Made by a program: the position numbers and the translations under genes. A stretch of DNA of 64,000 nucleotides from Alphaproteobacteria bacterium (GTDB taxonomy: Bacteria; Pseudomonadota; Alphaproteobacteria; Rs-D84), in contig SUUO01000001.1 in assembly GCA_015062485.1 (NCBI GenBank), positions 1,691 through 65,690 on the forward strand. The letters are read 5' to 3'. Under the pieces are notes generated by a model. The model worked only from the letters and a program-made list of their open reading frames with translations, ran no database searches and was not told the origin of the DNA. Below, in pieces: positions 46,627 through 56,496 of the stretch (position 1 is the stretch's first letter; each line of letters opens with the position of its first letter).

Positions 46627-47607
46627 ATGAGAAAAAGAATATTTACAATTTTACCAATTTTATCGTGTCTGGTGGCGATGCCGGCAATGGCAAACTGGCA
46701 GTATGACGGGGTTTATGTTGGTGACGGCTGGTACGAAGATGATGGGGCACGCTTTATTCTGTCATTTCGTGGTGGTGCGGCGGCCGGTTTTGGAGATATC
46801 AAAAACGATGTTGGCGCACTGAGTGCATATTACTATCTTGATGATGCCGGGGCAATTATTCCGGAAACTGTGTGCCGTGCAAATGGTGGCGATTGCAGTG
46901 GATATGAATTGCTGGGGTATGGCGATATTGCAAACCTGTCACCGACCAAGGATTTTGAGTCTTTTTCTTTTGCCGCCGGGGCCAGTGTTGGATGGACCCT
47001 GCCGGGGCGTCCACAGTGGCGTTTTGAGGGTGGCTGGGACCATATAATGAAAAGCGACTTTAACGCGTCCCCGTTGTTTAGGGGGGAAATGCAACTTTAT
47101 AACGGGGCCGGCGATGCCACATACATTTTGAGCACCGACAGTGGTGCAATTCATTCAACCGTTCAAACAGATATCATCAGCGCGATGGCGTTCTATGATT
47201 TCTTTGACGGGGTACAAAAGCCTTTGCGTAAAACGATTCCATATGTCGGGCTTGGTATTGGATATGCCGACACAACAACGGTATTGAATTTGACCGATCC
47301 GTACGGAGATTTGTCCGCAGATAACGATTTGCGTAATTTTGGGACACTGGATGAAAATTCGGTGTATGAAATTGTTAATTTCTATCAATCAAAGCACAGT
47401 TCAACAAATGTCGCAGGATTGTTGGCGGCGGGATTTTCATATGGCCTGACGGAAACTATGTTCATAGATTTCGGCGCGCGTATGACATATATCCCAAAAG
47501 TCAAATGGGTGTTAACCAACGAAGACGGATCACGTCATCGTGATTGGATAAGTGCCGAAGATTTGATTTACCTGAATGTGATGCTGGGGTTACGGTTTGA
47601 ATTTTAA
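46627..47607 (+). CDS. outer-membrane beta-barrel protein
   Basis: Signal peptide ...LVAMPAMA. C-terminal beta-signal LGLRFEF. Confidence 0.7.
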   Translation: MRKRIFTILPILSCLVAMPAMANWQYDGVYVGDGWYEDDGARFILSFRGGAAAGFGDIKNDVGALSAYYYLDDAGAIIPETVCRANGGDCSGYELLGYGDIANLSPTKDFESFSFAAGASVGWTLPGRPQWRFEGGWDHIMKSDFNASPLFRGEMQLYNGAGDATYILSTDSGAIHSTVQTDIISAMAFYDFFDGVQKPLRKTIPYVGLGIGYADTTTVLNLTDPYGDLSADNDLRNFGTLDENSVYEIVNFYQSKHSSTNVAGLLAAGFSYGLTETMFIDFGARMTYIPKVKWVLTNEDGSRHRDWISAEDLIYLNVMLGLRFEF

Positions 47608-48331
47608 ATTCTGGTTTTTGGGTGCGATATCTTGCCTGGGGGCGTGTACGTCCATTATGATTGGCCCGTACAGTTTTACATATGTCCCGGTCCAGGCGGG
47701 TGAATTTGAAATTGCGTCCTGGCAACACTTAACAAACGCATCAGATCCAATACATATCTATATAGAGGGCGACGGATACGCGTTTGATAGACACGGGCAC
47801 CCAACACGAAATCCGACACCAAGAAAAAACCTGGTGCGCAATTTGGCGGCACGTGACGATGTGGCAAATGTCGCATATGTTGCGCGCCCGTGCCAATATA
47901 TAAAATCCCCCGGTTGTGACGTATCCGATTGGACCGATGGCCGATTCTCGGCGACAGTTTTGGATTCAATGCACACCGCAATCAAGACAATTGCAAAAAA
48001 TCGTCCGATTATACTGATTGGATATTCGGGTGGCGCAATGATTTCGGGATTGCTGATAGAAAAATATCCAGATTTAAATGTACAAAAATGGATTACGATT
48101 GCGGGCGTCTTGAATCACAAAGAATGGACCGAATATTTTAATGACAGTCCATTGAAAAAATCACTGAACCTGAACAAATTGCCGCAGATTTCCCAAACAC
48201 ATTATATTGCAGATGGGGATAAAGTTGTGCCAAACGAACTTAGTCGTAAATGGGCCAAAGAATCAGATATTGTTGTTATTAAGGACGCACGTCACGATTC
48301 CCTGCGTAACCTGAAAATAGACTTTGATTAA
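47597..48331 (+). CDS. alpha/beta-hydrolase lipoprotein
   Basis: TTG start overlapping the upstream stop. Lipobox LGAC. Nucleophile elbow GYSGGA. Confidence 0.65.
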   Translation: MNFKFWFLGAISCLGACTSIMIGPYSFTYVPVQAGEFEIASWQHLTNASDPIHIYIEGDGYAFDRHGHPTRNPTPRKNLVRNLAARDDVANVAYVARPCQYIKSPGCDVSDWTDGRFSATVLDSMHTAIKTIAKNRPIILIGYSGGAMISGLLIEKYPDLNVQKWITIAGVLNHKEWTEYFNDSPLKKSLNLNKLPQISQTHYIADGDKVVPNELSRKWAKESDIVVIKDARHDSLRNLKIDFD

Positions 48332-48333
48332 AA

Positions 48334-49104
48334 TTATTTGGTAAAAATCAACACACGCTCGACGCCACTTAAATCACGTTCGGCGCGTACAAATTTCCAT
48401 TTGTTTGATTCAAATATTTTGCGGACGCGCGCGCCCATATCAATACCAATTTCCAGATAAATTTTACCGCCACGCTTAATCCACCCACGGGCATTTCGGG
48501 CGATTGATTCATATGCTGCAAACCCATCCATATCTGCATAAAGTGCCATCTTTGGGTCGTGCATTGCCCCAATATCAACCCGTGAATCACCATTTGCAAT
48601 ATATGGCGGATTAGAAACGATTATATCAAATTTCTCTTTAAATTTTATATCCCGCATAAAAGATGCACGACGCAACACAATTCTTCCTGATAAATTATGT
48701 GTAACAACATTTCGGTGCGCCACACGCAGTGCCCCACGCGACAAATCAACCGCCACACCACGGGCACCGTTTATATTTTTAACCAGGCTGATTATTATGC
48801 ACCCCGTACCGGTTCCTAAATCCAATATCTGTGGCGCGTGCCCCGCCCCACAATCTGCGATTACCGCCGATACAAGCGTTTCTGTATCCGGTCGTGGATC
48901 CAGTGTATATTTATTTGTGTAAAAGCGCAGACCATAGAACCATTTTTGTCTGATTATTTTTGCCACCGGCACCCCACGACGCAGTGCGCGCGCCATACGC
49001 CACACGGAAAACCGTGACAATTTCTGATTGTTTTCAGTTATAATTCGGGCGGCGCGAATACCACCCGCGTTTGATAGAATTGTGAATGCTTGATTTGTTT
49101 TCAT
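48334..49104 (-). CDS. prmC: release factor glutamine N5-methyltransferase
   Basis: LDLGTGTGCI SAM motif and IVSNPPYI. Confidence 0.9.
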   Translation of the reverse strand: MKTNQAFTILSNAGGIRAARIITENNQKLSRFSVWRMARALRRGVPVAKIIRQKWFYGLRFYTNKYTLDPRPDTETLVSAVIADCGAGHAPQILDLGTGTGCIIISLVKNINGARGVAVDLSRGALRVAHRNVVTHNLSGRIVLRRASFMRDIKFKEKFDIIVSNPPYIANGDSRVDIGAMHDPKMALYADMDGFAAYESIARNARGWIKRGGKIYLEIGIDMGARVRKIFESNKWKFVRAERDLSGVERVLIFTK

Positions 49105-49125
49105 AAAATTATTATAATCCGACTT

Positions 49126-50388
49126 ATGAAAAAAGCAAAAGATATTCTGAACCCAGCCAACCTGACCCGTATGGTGATGGCGTTGGCGATTTTATTAACA
49201 CTGATTGCAATATTCTTGGTCGTGACACGTCGCGCACCGGTAAATGCGGGACGCACACGTGGTGGCGACGAATGCACATCCGTTGTGGTTGTGGCGTCGG
49301 GCGACACGTTGTCCAAACTGTTGCTGGAACAGGGATTAACCCATAACGACGTGGATGCAATTGCAAAAACACTTAAAAAAGACGCTGGGATATCAACCCT
49401 GCGCGCGGACAGCGATAAAATCGAATTTACACGCCCAACCGACAGCGAGCCGGTATCTAAGATTGTTGTTATTCCATCGCCCTGGAAACAGGTGGAATTA
49501 ACCTGTGATGGGACGGGCGCGTGGAATTGCAAAACGGTTGACATTGAACGCGACACGCGTGCGGTTTATCGTGCGGGTGAAATCTTGGACGGGGACAGTT
49601 TTTACCTGGCGGGGCAACGCGCAGGTGTGCCGGCGGGAATTTTGGCCGACGTGTATGATTTATTGGCGTTTGAAATGGACTTTGAACGTGATGTTCGTGC
49701 GGGACAGAAATTCTGGGTCGTGTATGAAGAAAACTTTTCAGGCGGCCAGAAGATAGATAACGGGCGCGTTTTGGCCGTATCGTTCGATGCGTTGCGTGGT
49801 AATGTTAAAATGTACCGCTATCGCAAGGCGGATGGCACAACCGGATATTACGACGCGGACGGAAATGGCGCGATTAAGTCACTGAAACGTACACCAATTA
49901 ACAACGCCAAAGTCACCAGCAGTTTTTCAAACAAACGCAAGCACCCAGTGTTGGGATATACCCGCGCACACAAGGGGGTTGATTTCCGTGCGTCAACCGG
50001 AACACCTATTCCCGCCGCCGGTGCGGGGCGTGTGGTTGCACGTGGATATAACCGTGGACACGGAAACTATATCAAATTACGTCATAATGGCTCATACGAG
50101 ACTTTATATGCGCATTTGTCCAAGTTTGTAAAGAATGTAAAGGTCGGCACCAATGTCCGCCAGGGTCAAACGATTGGATATGTCGGTTCAACCGGGATGT
50201 CAACGGGCCCACATTTGCACTATGAAATCATCAAAGACGGAAAACACGTCAATCCAATGACGGTAAAGTTGCCGGCGATAAGTAACCTTAATAAATCAGA
50301 AAAGAAGAAGTTTGCCGAATATCGCGAAATAATGGACAATGCCATAGAAGAATTAAAAAAGAACCAAAATCTGTTTATTCAATTATAA
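49126..50388 (+). CDS. M23-family peptidoglycan endopeptidase
   Basis: N-terminal TM segment. HKGVDFRA and GSTGMSTGPHLHYE motifs. Confidence 0.9.
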   Translation: MKKAKDILNPANLTRMVMALAILLTLIAIFLVVTRRAPVNAGRTRGGDECTSVVVVASGDTLSKLLLEQGLTHNDVDAIAKTLKKDAGISTLRADSDKIEFTRPTDSEPVSKIVVIPSPWKQVELTCDGTGAWNCKTVDIERDTRAVYRAGEILDGDSFYLAGQRAGVPAGILADVYDLLAFEMDFERDVRAGQKFWVVYEENFSGGQKIDNGRVLAVSFDALRGNVKMYRYRKADGTTGYYDADGNGAIKSLKRTPINNAKVTSSFSNKRKHPVLGYTRAHKGVDFRASTGTPIPAAGAGRVVARGYNRGHGNYIKLRHNGSYETLYAHLSKFVKNVKVGTNVRQGQTIGYVGSTGMSTGPHLHYEIIKDGKHVNPMTVKLPAISNLNKSEKKKFAEYREIMDNAIEELKKNQNLFIQL

Positions 50389-50416
50389 AAAGTCCCGGTA
50401 ACGCCGGGATTTTTTA
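50387..50416. terminator. terminator after the M23 gene
   Basis: AAAAAGTCCCGG-TAACG-CCGGGATTTTTT. Confidence 0.8.
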
Positions 50417-50472
50417 TACGATATGAGATATATAATATAAATACTTAACCAAACTTTTATTTATCATTGCGA

Positions 50473-50501
50473 TTGCGCAAATGAAAACAATCGGTTATAA
50501 T
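50473..50501 (+). promoter_or_regulatory. sigma70-type promoter of Cys-rich cassette 3
   Basis: TTGCGC, 17 nt, TATAAT. Confidence 0.7.
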
Positions 50502-50507
50502 ACATGT

Positions 50508-50733
50508 GTTATGGCGGCTTGCCATAATGGGGTGTCAGAACCCGTACAATACGCGTTTGGAAACGAAATCCGGCGCGCCGATGGCGTGTTTTTTCGTATA
50601 TGAATCCAGACGAAAATCAAAAAACTCCTGATGTATTACGTGTCAGGAGGGTTGCGAATATATTGAATAAGCACACAATTCGTATTGATTGTTCTGAACC
50701 TCCTGACCACTCGAATTTATTCGGTGGTTTTTT
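50508..50733 (+). ncRNA. conserved structured leader / candidate riboregulator, copy 2
   Basis: Same 5' block GTGTTATGGCGGCTTGCCATAATGGGGTGTCAGAACCCGT as copy 1. GTCAGGAGG (50642-50650) is complementary to both CTCCTGA (50625-50631) and CCTCCTGAC (50699-50707). Terminator at 50705-50733. Confidence 0.55.
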
Positions 50734-50762
50734 CAAACATGAAAAAAAGGGAGATTTAGGTT

Positions 50763-51215
50763 ATGAAAAAAATTTTATTTATGGGCATAATCGCAACAAT
50801 ATTATCCGCGCCCACAATCGCCGCACAGATATGCGCACCGCTTCAATTTTACGGAAAATCACCAATACAAAGCAAATTATACTTTACTGCGGATTGGGAG
50901 TCCCATAACGTCAGAGCAGACACTGCTATAACTATGAAAAAACCAGTCCTAAGTGGCGTGGCCATTTGTTCGTCTGCAACCCAAACCGTATCGGGAATGT
51001 TGCCCACAATTAGCAGCGAAGCCGAATATAAATCCATTGTTTATTGCTGGATACGAGCAATCAAACCTGTTGTATCGGATTGGTTGCGCCTCGAAGAATA
51101 TGATACCGCTGCTGAATGTCTGCAAAACTGTTCATATGATGCGAACGTGTTTATGCTGGGGTTTCATAACTCGGATTTTGTAAACGATATTATTCAAGAT
51201 GGAAATCAAATATAG
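50763..51215 (+). CDS. secreted Cys-rich protein, N-domain type (divergent)
   Basis: GGGAG RBS. Signal peptide MKKILFMGIIATILSAPTIA. Shares GVAICS...YCW...PVVSDW...NCSY with 9364-9801. Confidence 0.75.
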   Translation: MKKILFMGIIATILSAPTIAAQICAPLQFYGKSPIQSKLYFTADWESHNVRADTAITMKKPVLSGVAICSSATQTVSGMLPTISSEAEYKSIVYCWIRAIKPVVSDWLRLEEYDTAAECLQNCSYDANVFMLGFHNSDFVNDIIQDGNQI

Positions 51216-51232
51216 AACCACGGGGGGTAGGT

Positions 51233-51952
51233 ATGAAAAAAATAAGCATTTTATTATGTATTTTGGCAATGCCGGCATTTGGTGCGGCAAAACGGTGTGT
51301 AAAACTGGACCCGGAAACAACCACATGCACGCCAACAAACCCAACAAATGGCAATGTTGACTGGACGGCAACGTGCACGACCAAAGACAATGAAACAATT
51401 CCAATTCTGGGGATTGCGGCATGCGGGATGGACGCTGCATCGGATGTTACCGAAATAGCCGGTTGGAAGACGACTGATAGTATGTATGTATATAATAGTG
51501 ATGAAGAGTCTACAACTGATATACACATTGCCGTTTGTAGGTGTCGGATAATATACCCCGTCGTATCTGCGTGGGTAGCAATATCATTTGGCCAAGACCC
51601 CACATATATTCCAGAACCATTGGGATATGGTCCAAACGTATGCCTGTACAGATGTTCGTACGCGTGCGCAAATCGTGGTGGTACGTTTTATGAGGCCCTG
51701 CTTACATCGGCGGCAAAATCACAAAGCGACACCGAATGCCCCGCCGGGTATATTGGTATAGATGAACCAACCTTCAAAATAGAAGAAACGTGCACCAATG
51801 AGACATATGTTAACTACACCCCACTGGGGGACGCAAATTCATGTTTGGATGACAATCCAGGCATAGACTGTGTATTGTATGGTGAAAAAAACACATCGTA
51901 CAATGACGGCAGTGGCGCATATGAATTTAATTCAATGTGTGTAATGGAATAA
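51233..51952 (+). CDS. secreted Cys-rich protein, fused N-domain plus C-domain
   Basis: Signal peptide MKKISILLCILAMPAFG. The N-half aligns to 9364-9801 (KRCVKLDPETTTCT...DWTATCTT...). The C-half aligns to 9812-10084 (CPAGYIGIDEP...YEFNSMCVME). Confidence 0.8.
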   Translation: MKKISILLCILAMPAFGAAKRCVKLDPETTTCTPTNPTNGNVDWTATCTTKDNETIPILGIAACGMDAASDVTEIAGWKTTDSMYVYNSDEESTTDIHIAVCRCRIIYPVVSAWVAISFGQDPTYIPEPLGYGPNVCLYRCSYACANRGGTFYEALLTSAAKSQSDTECPAGYIGIDEPTFKIEETCTNETYVNYTPLGDANSCLDDNPGIDCVLYGEKNTSYNDGSGAYEFNSMCVME

Positions 51953-51980
51953 AAAATCCCCCGATTGGGGGATTTTTTTA
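51950..51980. terminator. bidirectional terminator
   Basis: AAAAAATCCCCC-GATT-GGGGGATTTTTTT. Confidence 0.8.
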
Positions 51981-51999
51981 TCTAGCAATCAAACAAGGT

Positions 52000-52272
52000 T
52001 TAGTTCAAAGCTTCTTTCAAGGCTTTACCTGGTTTGAATTTAGGCTGAACAGAAGCTGGGATTTTAATTGCTTCGCCAGTCTGAGGATTACGGCCAGTTG
52101 TTGCTTTGCGTTTTGCAGTTGCAAATGTACCGAAACCAACCAAGCGAACTTCGCCTTTCTTTTTCAGAACTTTTGTTACGTTGTTGATGAATGCATCTAC
52201 GCAAGCAGCAGCAGCAGCCTTTGTAATATCAACATCATTTGCGATTGCTTCAATCAATTGAGCTTTGTTCAT
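52000..52272 (-). CDS. hupB: DNA-binding protein HU
   Basis: MNKAQLIEAIA...GFGTFATAKRKATTGRNPQTGEAIKIPA. Confidence 0.95.
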   Translation of the reverse strand: MNKAQLIEAIANDVDITKAAAAACVDAFINNVTKVLKKKGEVRLVGFGTFATAKRKATTGRNPQTGEAIKIPASVQPKFKPGKALKEALN

Positions 52273-52321
52273 ATGTTTCTCCTTTCATAGATTTTATAAT
52301 AAGGTGTCCCGCAAGGTTCCC

Positions 52322-52413
52322 CAGGCAATGTCGATATAATCAAATGCCCCACATTTGCGCGATTTTTTTTAGTCGCATCGCGTCAACGTCTTGGATTATA
52401 TGGACATTGCCTG
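52322..52413 (-). promoter_or_regulatory. 20-bp inverted repeat in the HU upstream/leader region
   Basis: CAGGCAATGTCGATATAATC (52322-52341) versus GATTATATGGACATTGCCTG (52394-52413), 19 of 20 complementary. Confidence 0.4.
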
Positions 52414-52506
52414 ACCTGCTTATCCGAATCGTAGAGAAATCCGCGCTTTAAGTCAAGTCTATATTTTAAAATTCGTATTTTTTTTGATTGTTGACAAATT
52501 CGTACG

Positions 52507-52986
52507 TTAATGCGATACGATATCCGCACGTACGGGACGTGCCCCATCATCACCAAATTCGCACAGGACATAATCACGATTTACGCCGTTAACGTGCACA
52601 CTTCTGAAATAATTTGGTGTCATCATCAGCATAAATATTATGACAACCGCCCAGAATAACATCTTGGTCAATCCCCAGGGTTGTTTATATTTATCGCCAT
52701 CAAATTTGTCTTTTAATAAATTTTGATACAGTGCCCACCCCCACGAAAAAGACAAAACAATCAAGCACGCCGCAAATAATATTTTAAAGAATTTTGAAAA
52801 CTGACTAAAACCCGCGGCGATTGGATCCCAAATCGTACTGGTCGCGGGGCAGACATATAAGACATTCGCAGAAACCGTGTCCGGAATTTTTGTCGCAACA
52901 TCAACCGGGTCTAATTGCAGACCAAACGACGACACAATTATTATCGCCGTCAATAAACAAATTGCCGTGACCATTGTTGGTTTCAT
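52507..52986 (-). CDS. hypothetical membrane protein
   Basis: AGGGGAAAAGAA RBS. Three to four hydrophobic segments. No family recognised. Confidence 0.55.
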   Translation of the reverse strand: MKPTMVTAICLLTAIIIVSSFGLQLDPVDVATKIPDTVSANVLYVCPATSTIWDPIAAGFSQFSKFFKILFAACLIVLSFSWGWALYQNLLKDKFDGDKYKQPWGLTKMLFWAVVIIFMLMMTPNYFRSVHVNGVNRDYVLCEFGDDGARPVRADIVSH

Positions 52987-53070
52987 TTCTTTTCCCCTGT
53001 GCTTGGGTATTATTATATCATAAAACACTAATCCATTGCAATTTTAGAAACTTTTATTTAATATTTTTAT

Positions 53071-53847
53071 ATGGCGCGACAAAAACAGAATCTTGTTATC
53101 GGGTTAACCACGTTCAGCCACGAATTTTTGAAAATTTCTGGGGCGGGTTTGGCACGCGTGCCCAAGAATACTGTATTGGTTATATATAACGATAATCCGT
53201 GCCGACCGTTAAAGCATCGAACAATCCGCAAACTGGGGTTTCGTGGGCAATTAAATATTATAAACACGGATGAAAACGTTGGAATAATTCGGGCACGTGT
53301 GGCGATACTAAATTATATTTACAAAAACAAAATTGATGCATCGTGGATGATGTTCGCAAATGACGACGATATTGTTATGAACGTGGCCGTACCACAGGTT
53401 GATGAAAGCATATTTGCGATTATGGGCAATGCGGTGGTTATACGGCAACGCGTACTGGATATTCTGCGCGTGATAGACAATCCAGACGACTATACAGTTG
53501 ATGGGGTTGATACACAACTGTATGCACCACATATCGCAATGGCGGGTACATTTATGCGTACAAAATACGTTCTGGAATTTGGTACATTTTTATCAGAAAT
53601 AATGCCGGGGATAACAGAGATTACGTCGGACCTGCCGTTTGTGATACCGGCGGATGTGATAATGTGGAATATGTTTGTTGAATATATGCGCAAAAATCAT
53701 CCGGAAATGTCGCCAATTTATATGAATCAAACTAACTATCTGATGACAAAACTGAACAACAGTTGCCACCCATCGGACAGTCAGCGCGACGGCCTGGTTA
53801 CGCGGGCGGTTTCGATTGTTGTGGCGGCCCCACGGGGCAACGAATAA
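53071..53847 (+). CDS. hypothetical protein, possibly GT-A-like glycosyltransferase
   Basis: VIGLTTF beta-strand start and an NDDDIV (DxD-like) motif. Weak evidence. Confidence 0.3.
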   Translation: MARQKQNLVIGLTTFSHEFLKISGAGLARVPKNTVLVIYNDNPCRPLKHRTIRKLGFRGQLNIINTDENVGIIRARVAILNYIYKNKIDASWMMFANDDDIVMNVAVPQVDESIFAIMGNAVVIRQRVLDILRVIDNPDDYTVDGVDTQLYAPHIAMAGTFMRTKYVLEFGTFLSEIMPGITEITSDLPFVIPADVIMWNMFVEYMRKNHPEMSPIYMNQTNYLMTKLNNSCHPSDSQRDGLVTRAVSIVVAAPRGNE

Positions 53848-53932
53848 AATAATTATCAATTTTTTAAATATCTGATTGAAACGGGCGTTGAATGTTTATA
53901 CAATGCCCCCTGAAAATAAAAGGACAAACAAT

Positions 53933-56011
53933 ATGACGTATAATGAAATAAGAAAGGCTTTCTTGCAATATTTTGAATCGCGTGGACACACAATTGTGCC
54001 GTCTGCATCATTGATACCGAACGATCCGACGTTGCTGTTTACGGTTGCGGGGATGGTTCCGTGGAAGGGGATTTTACAAGGGACCGAACCAGCGTTTGCA
54101 CCACGTGTTGCCGACGTTCAGAAATGTATTCGCGCCGGGGGTAAACACAATGACCTGGAAGATGTTGGTTTTGATGGTCGTCATCATACATTCTTTGAAA
54201 TGCTGGGTAATTGGTCCTTTGGTGATTATTTCAAGGCGGGTGCGATTGAAATGTCCTGGGAATTATTGACCAAGGTTTTTGGCCTGGACCCGGAACGTAT
54301 TGTTGTCACCACACATTACAGCGATGACGAGGCCGTAAAAATCTGGAAACAGGTTGCCGGCAAAGATGCAATCTTGTTGGGTGACAAAGATAACTGGTGG
54401 TCGGCGGGCGACACCGGTCCGTGTGGCCCGTGCACAGAAATGCATTATGATATGGGTGCGGATTTGCCGGGGGGATTACCGGGTTCATCGGACGAAGACG
54501 GTGGTCGCTGGGTCGAAATCTGGAACGACGTATTTATGCAATATGATCGTGATGCAAATGGTAATTTAACACCATTGCCAAAACAAAATGTTGATACAGG
54601 TGCTGGCTTGGAACGTTTTGCATCTATTTTACAGGGAAAAACGGATAACTATGATACAGATTTGTTTGTGAACCTGAAACGTGCGGTGTCTGATGTGACG
54701 GGTGTTGCAGAAACGGCGGAAAACGTTTCCAGTTTCAAGGTTATCACGGACCACCTGCGTTCGGTTGGATTTGCAATCGCAGATGGTGTTATCCCATCGA
54801 ATACCGACCGTGGCTATGTAATCCGTCGTATCTTGCGTCGCGCAATGCGTCACGGACAAATCCTGGGGCACAAGGGGGCGTTGTTGTCCAAACTGTATCC
54901 AGCGTTAATTACCGAAATGGGTGATGCGTATCCAGAACTGGCGGCGAACCAGGCGCGCGTTGTTGAAATTATTCAGAACGAAGAAAACGCATTTGCAGAT
55001 ATGCTGCAAAACGGTATGAAATTGCTGGAAAGTGAATTGCCAAAACTGAATAACAATGTTTTGCCGGGCGATGTTGCGTTTAAATTGTTCGACACATACG
55101 GTTTCCCATTGGATTTAACCCAGATGATTTTACGTGACAGAAATATAGATGTTGATGTGGCGGGCTTTGAAAAATCAATGGCCGAACAGAAAGAACGTTC
55201 ACGCGCCAATACCAAGGGCACACGTATATTCTGGGAATCCCAGACGGATTTGGCCGCAACCGATGACGTGGCAAAATACGCACCGGTGGAAATGGAATCG
55301 CAGGTCCTGTCCATATTGCGTAATGGCGAATTTGTAAAATCCGCCACCGCCGGGGACGAGGTTGAAATTGCCCTGGACAAAACCACATTCTATGGCACCC
55401 AAGGGGGCCAGGTCGGTGACACTGGCGAATTAAAGCGCGGTGACGAAGTTGTCTTGGCCGTGACCGAGGCCGCACGTGTCGACAATGTCGTTATTCACAA
55501 GGGTGTTTTGAAATCCGATGTTGCCGTTGGGGACATTGTAACACCGGTGCTGAATGCGGCGGTGCGTCAACAGACGGCACGCGCCCATACGGCGACACAC
55601 TTGCTTCAGGCGGCGTTGCGTCACGTCTTGAACGAAGATGTTGAACAACGTGGTTCCAAGGTTTCGCCGGATTCGGTTCGTTTTGACTTTTCATTTGGTC
55701 GCGCGATGACGGCCGAAGAAAAGACGGCGGTTGAAAACCTGATTAACGAATGGATTACGGCCGATATGCCGGTTAGCCACGAACAGATGTCAATGGACGA
55801 TGCGGTTAAGCGTGGTGCGATGGCACTGTTTGGAGAAAAGTATGGCGACACCGTTCGTGTGATTACCGCCGGCGATGTGTCGTGTGAATTATGTGGTGGA
55901 ACACACATTCATCACACGGGCGAAATTATTAAGGCTAAAATAAACAAAGAAAAATCTATCAGCAGTGGTATTCGCCGCATAACAATGTCGGTTGGAACAT
56001 TGGCAGAATAA
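53933..56011 (+). CDS. alaS: alanine--tRNA ligase lacking the C-Ala domain
   Basis: Typical N-terminus MTYNEIRKAFLQYFESRGH, class II core, and editing-domain zinc motifs HTATHLL and CGGTHIHHTGEI. The protein ends about 35 aa later, at 692 aa. Confidence 0.9.
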   Translation: MTYNEIRKAFLQYFESRGHTIVPSASLIPNDPTLLFTVAGMVPWKGILQGTEPAFAPRVADVQKCIRAGGKHNDLEDVGFDGRHHTFFEMLGNWSFGDYFKAGAIEMSWELLTKVFGLDPERIVVTTHYSDDEAVKIWKQVAGKDAILLGDKDNWWSAGDTGPCGPCTEMHYDMGADLPGGLPGSSDEDGGRWVEIWNDVFMQYDRDANGNLTPLPKQNVDTGAGLERFASILQGKTDNYDTDLFVNLKRAVSDVTGVAETAENVSSFKVITDHLRSVGFAIADGVIPSNTDRGYVIRRILRRAMRHGQILGHKGALLSKLYPALITEMGDAYPELAANQARVVEIIQNEENAFADMLQNGMKLLESELPKLNNNVLPGDVAFKLFDTYGFPLDLTQMILRDRNIDVDVAGFEKSMAEQKERSRANTKGTRIFWESQTDLAATDDVAKYAPVEMESQVLSILRNGEFVKSATAGDEVEIALDKTTFYGTQGGQVGDTGELKRGDEVVLAVTEAARVDNVVIHKGVLKSDVAVGDIVTPVLNAAVRQQTARAHTATHLLQAALRHVLNEDVEQRGSKVSPDSVRFDFSFGRAMTAEEKTAVENLINEWITADMPVSHEQMSMDDAVKRGAMALFGEKYGDTVRVITAGDVSCELCGGTHIHHTGEIIKAKINKEKSISSGIRRITMSVGTLAE

Positions 56012-56042
56012 AAAAAACCGCCAAACGGCGGTTTCTTTTTTC
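56009..56042 (+). terminator. intrinsic terminator after alaS
   Basis: AAAAAAAACCGCC-AAAC-GGCGGTTTCTTTTTT. Confidence 0.8.
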
Positions 56043-56160
56043 TATAATGCCATCCATAGCAAATACATAGCAAAAACTTTGCGTATATTGTTCGGCGACA
56101 TCAAAATTCGATGCCGCCAAACAATACCTGGAACAACTGATTCAGATAAATCAATAATCG

Positions 56161-56496
56161 CTAATCTCGCTGAAAATAAAACTTACATCCATCTGAATAT
56201 ATGTATATCAAATCAGAATTTGCAACATAAAATTTTTCTGTTGTGTCTGTATCTTTTTTTACCAAAATTTCTTGGGACTTTTCGTCATTATCATAACCGA
56301 CAAGGATAATATTTGCAGTATTGATTTCAACAGCAGTATTTTCATAATAACTTTGTGCCATCCCATCGCAATCAGCGGTTATATATCCCGCATATTCAAA
56401 TCGGTCAAAAGACCATTTTCCACAGAACTCGCAAGATTTGCTGTCTGTGGGAACACAGCCAATCAAAAATACACAAAATAAGACAAGTCTTTTCAT
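56161..56496 (-). CDS. small lipoprotein
   Basis: Lipobox FLIGC. Mature part carries a CEFCGKW motif. AT-rich region. Confidence 0.55.
   Translation of the reverse strand: MKRLVLFCVFLIGCVPTDSKSCEFCGKWSFDRFEYAGYITADCDGMAQSYYENTAVEINTANIILVGYDNDEKSQEILVKKDTDTTEKFYVANSDLIYIYSDGCKFYFQRD

Noticed and set aside
50600-50908. 102-aa ORF across leader copy 2, and the N-terminal extension of ORF 9277-9801 across leader copy 1
   Set aside because: The conserved nucleotide block is read in different frames in the two copies. Both frames run through an intrinsic terminator and into the RBS of the real signal-peptide start.
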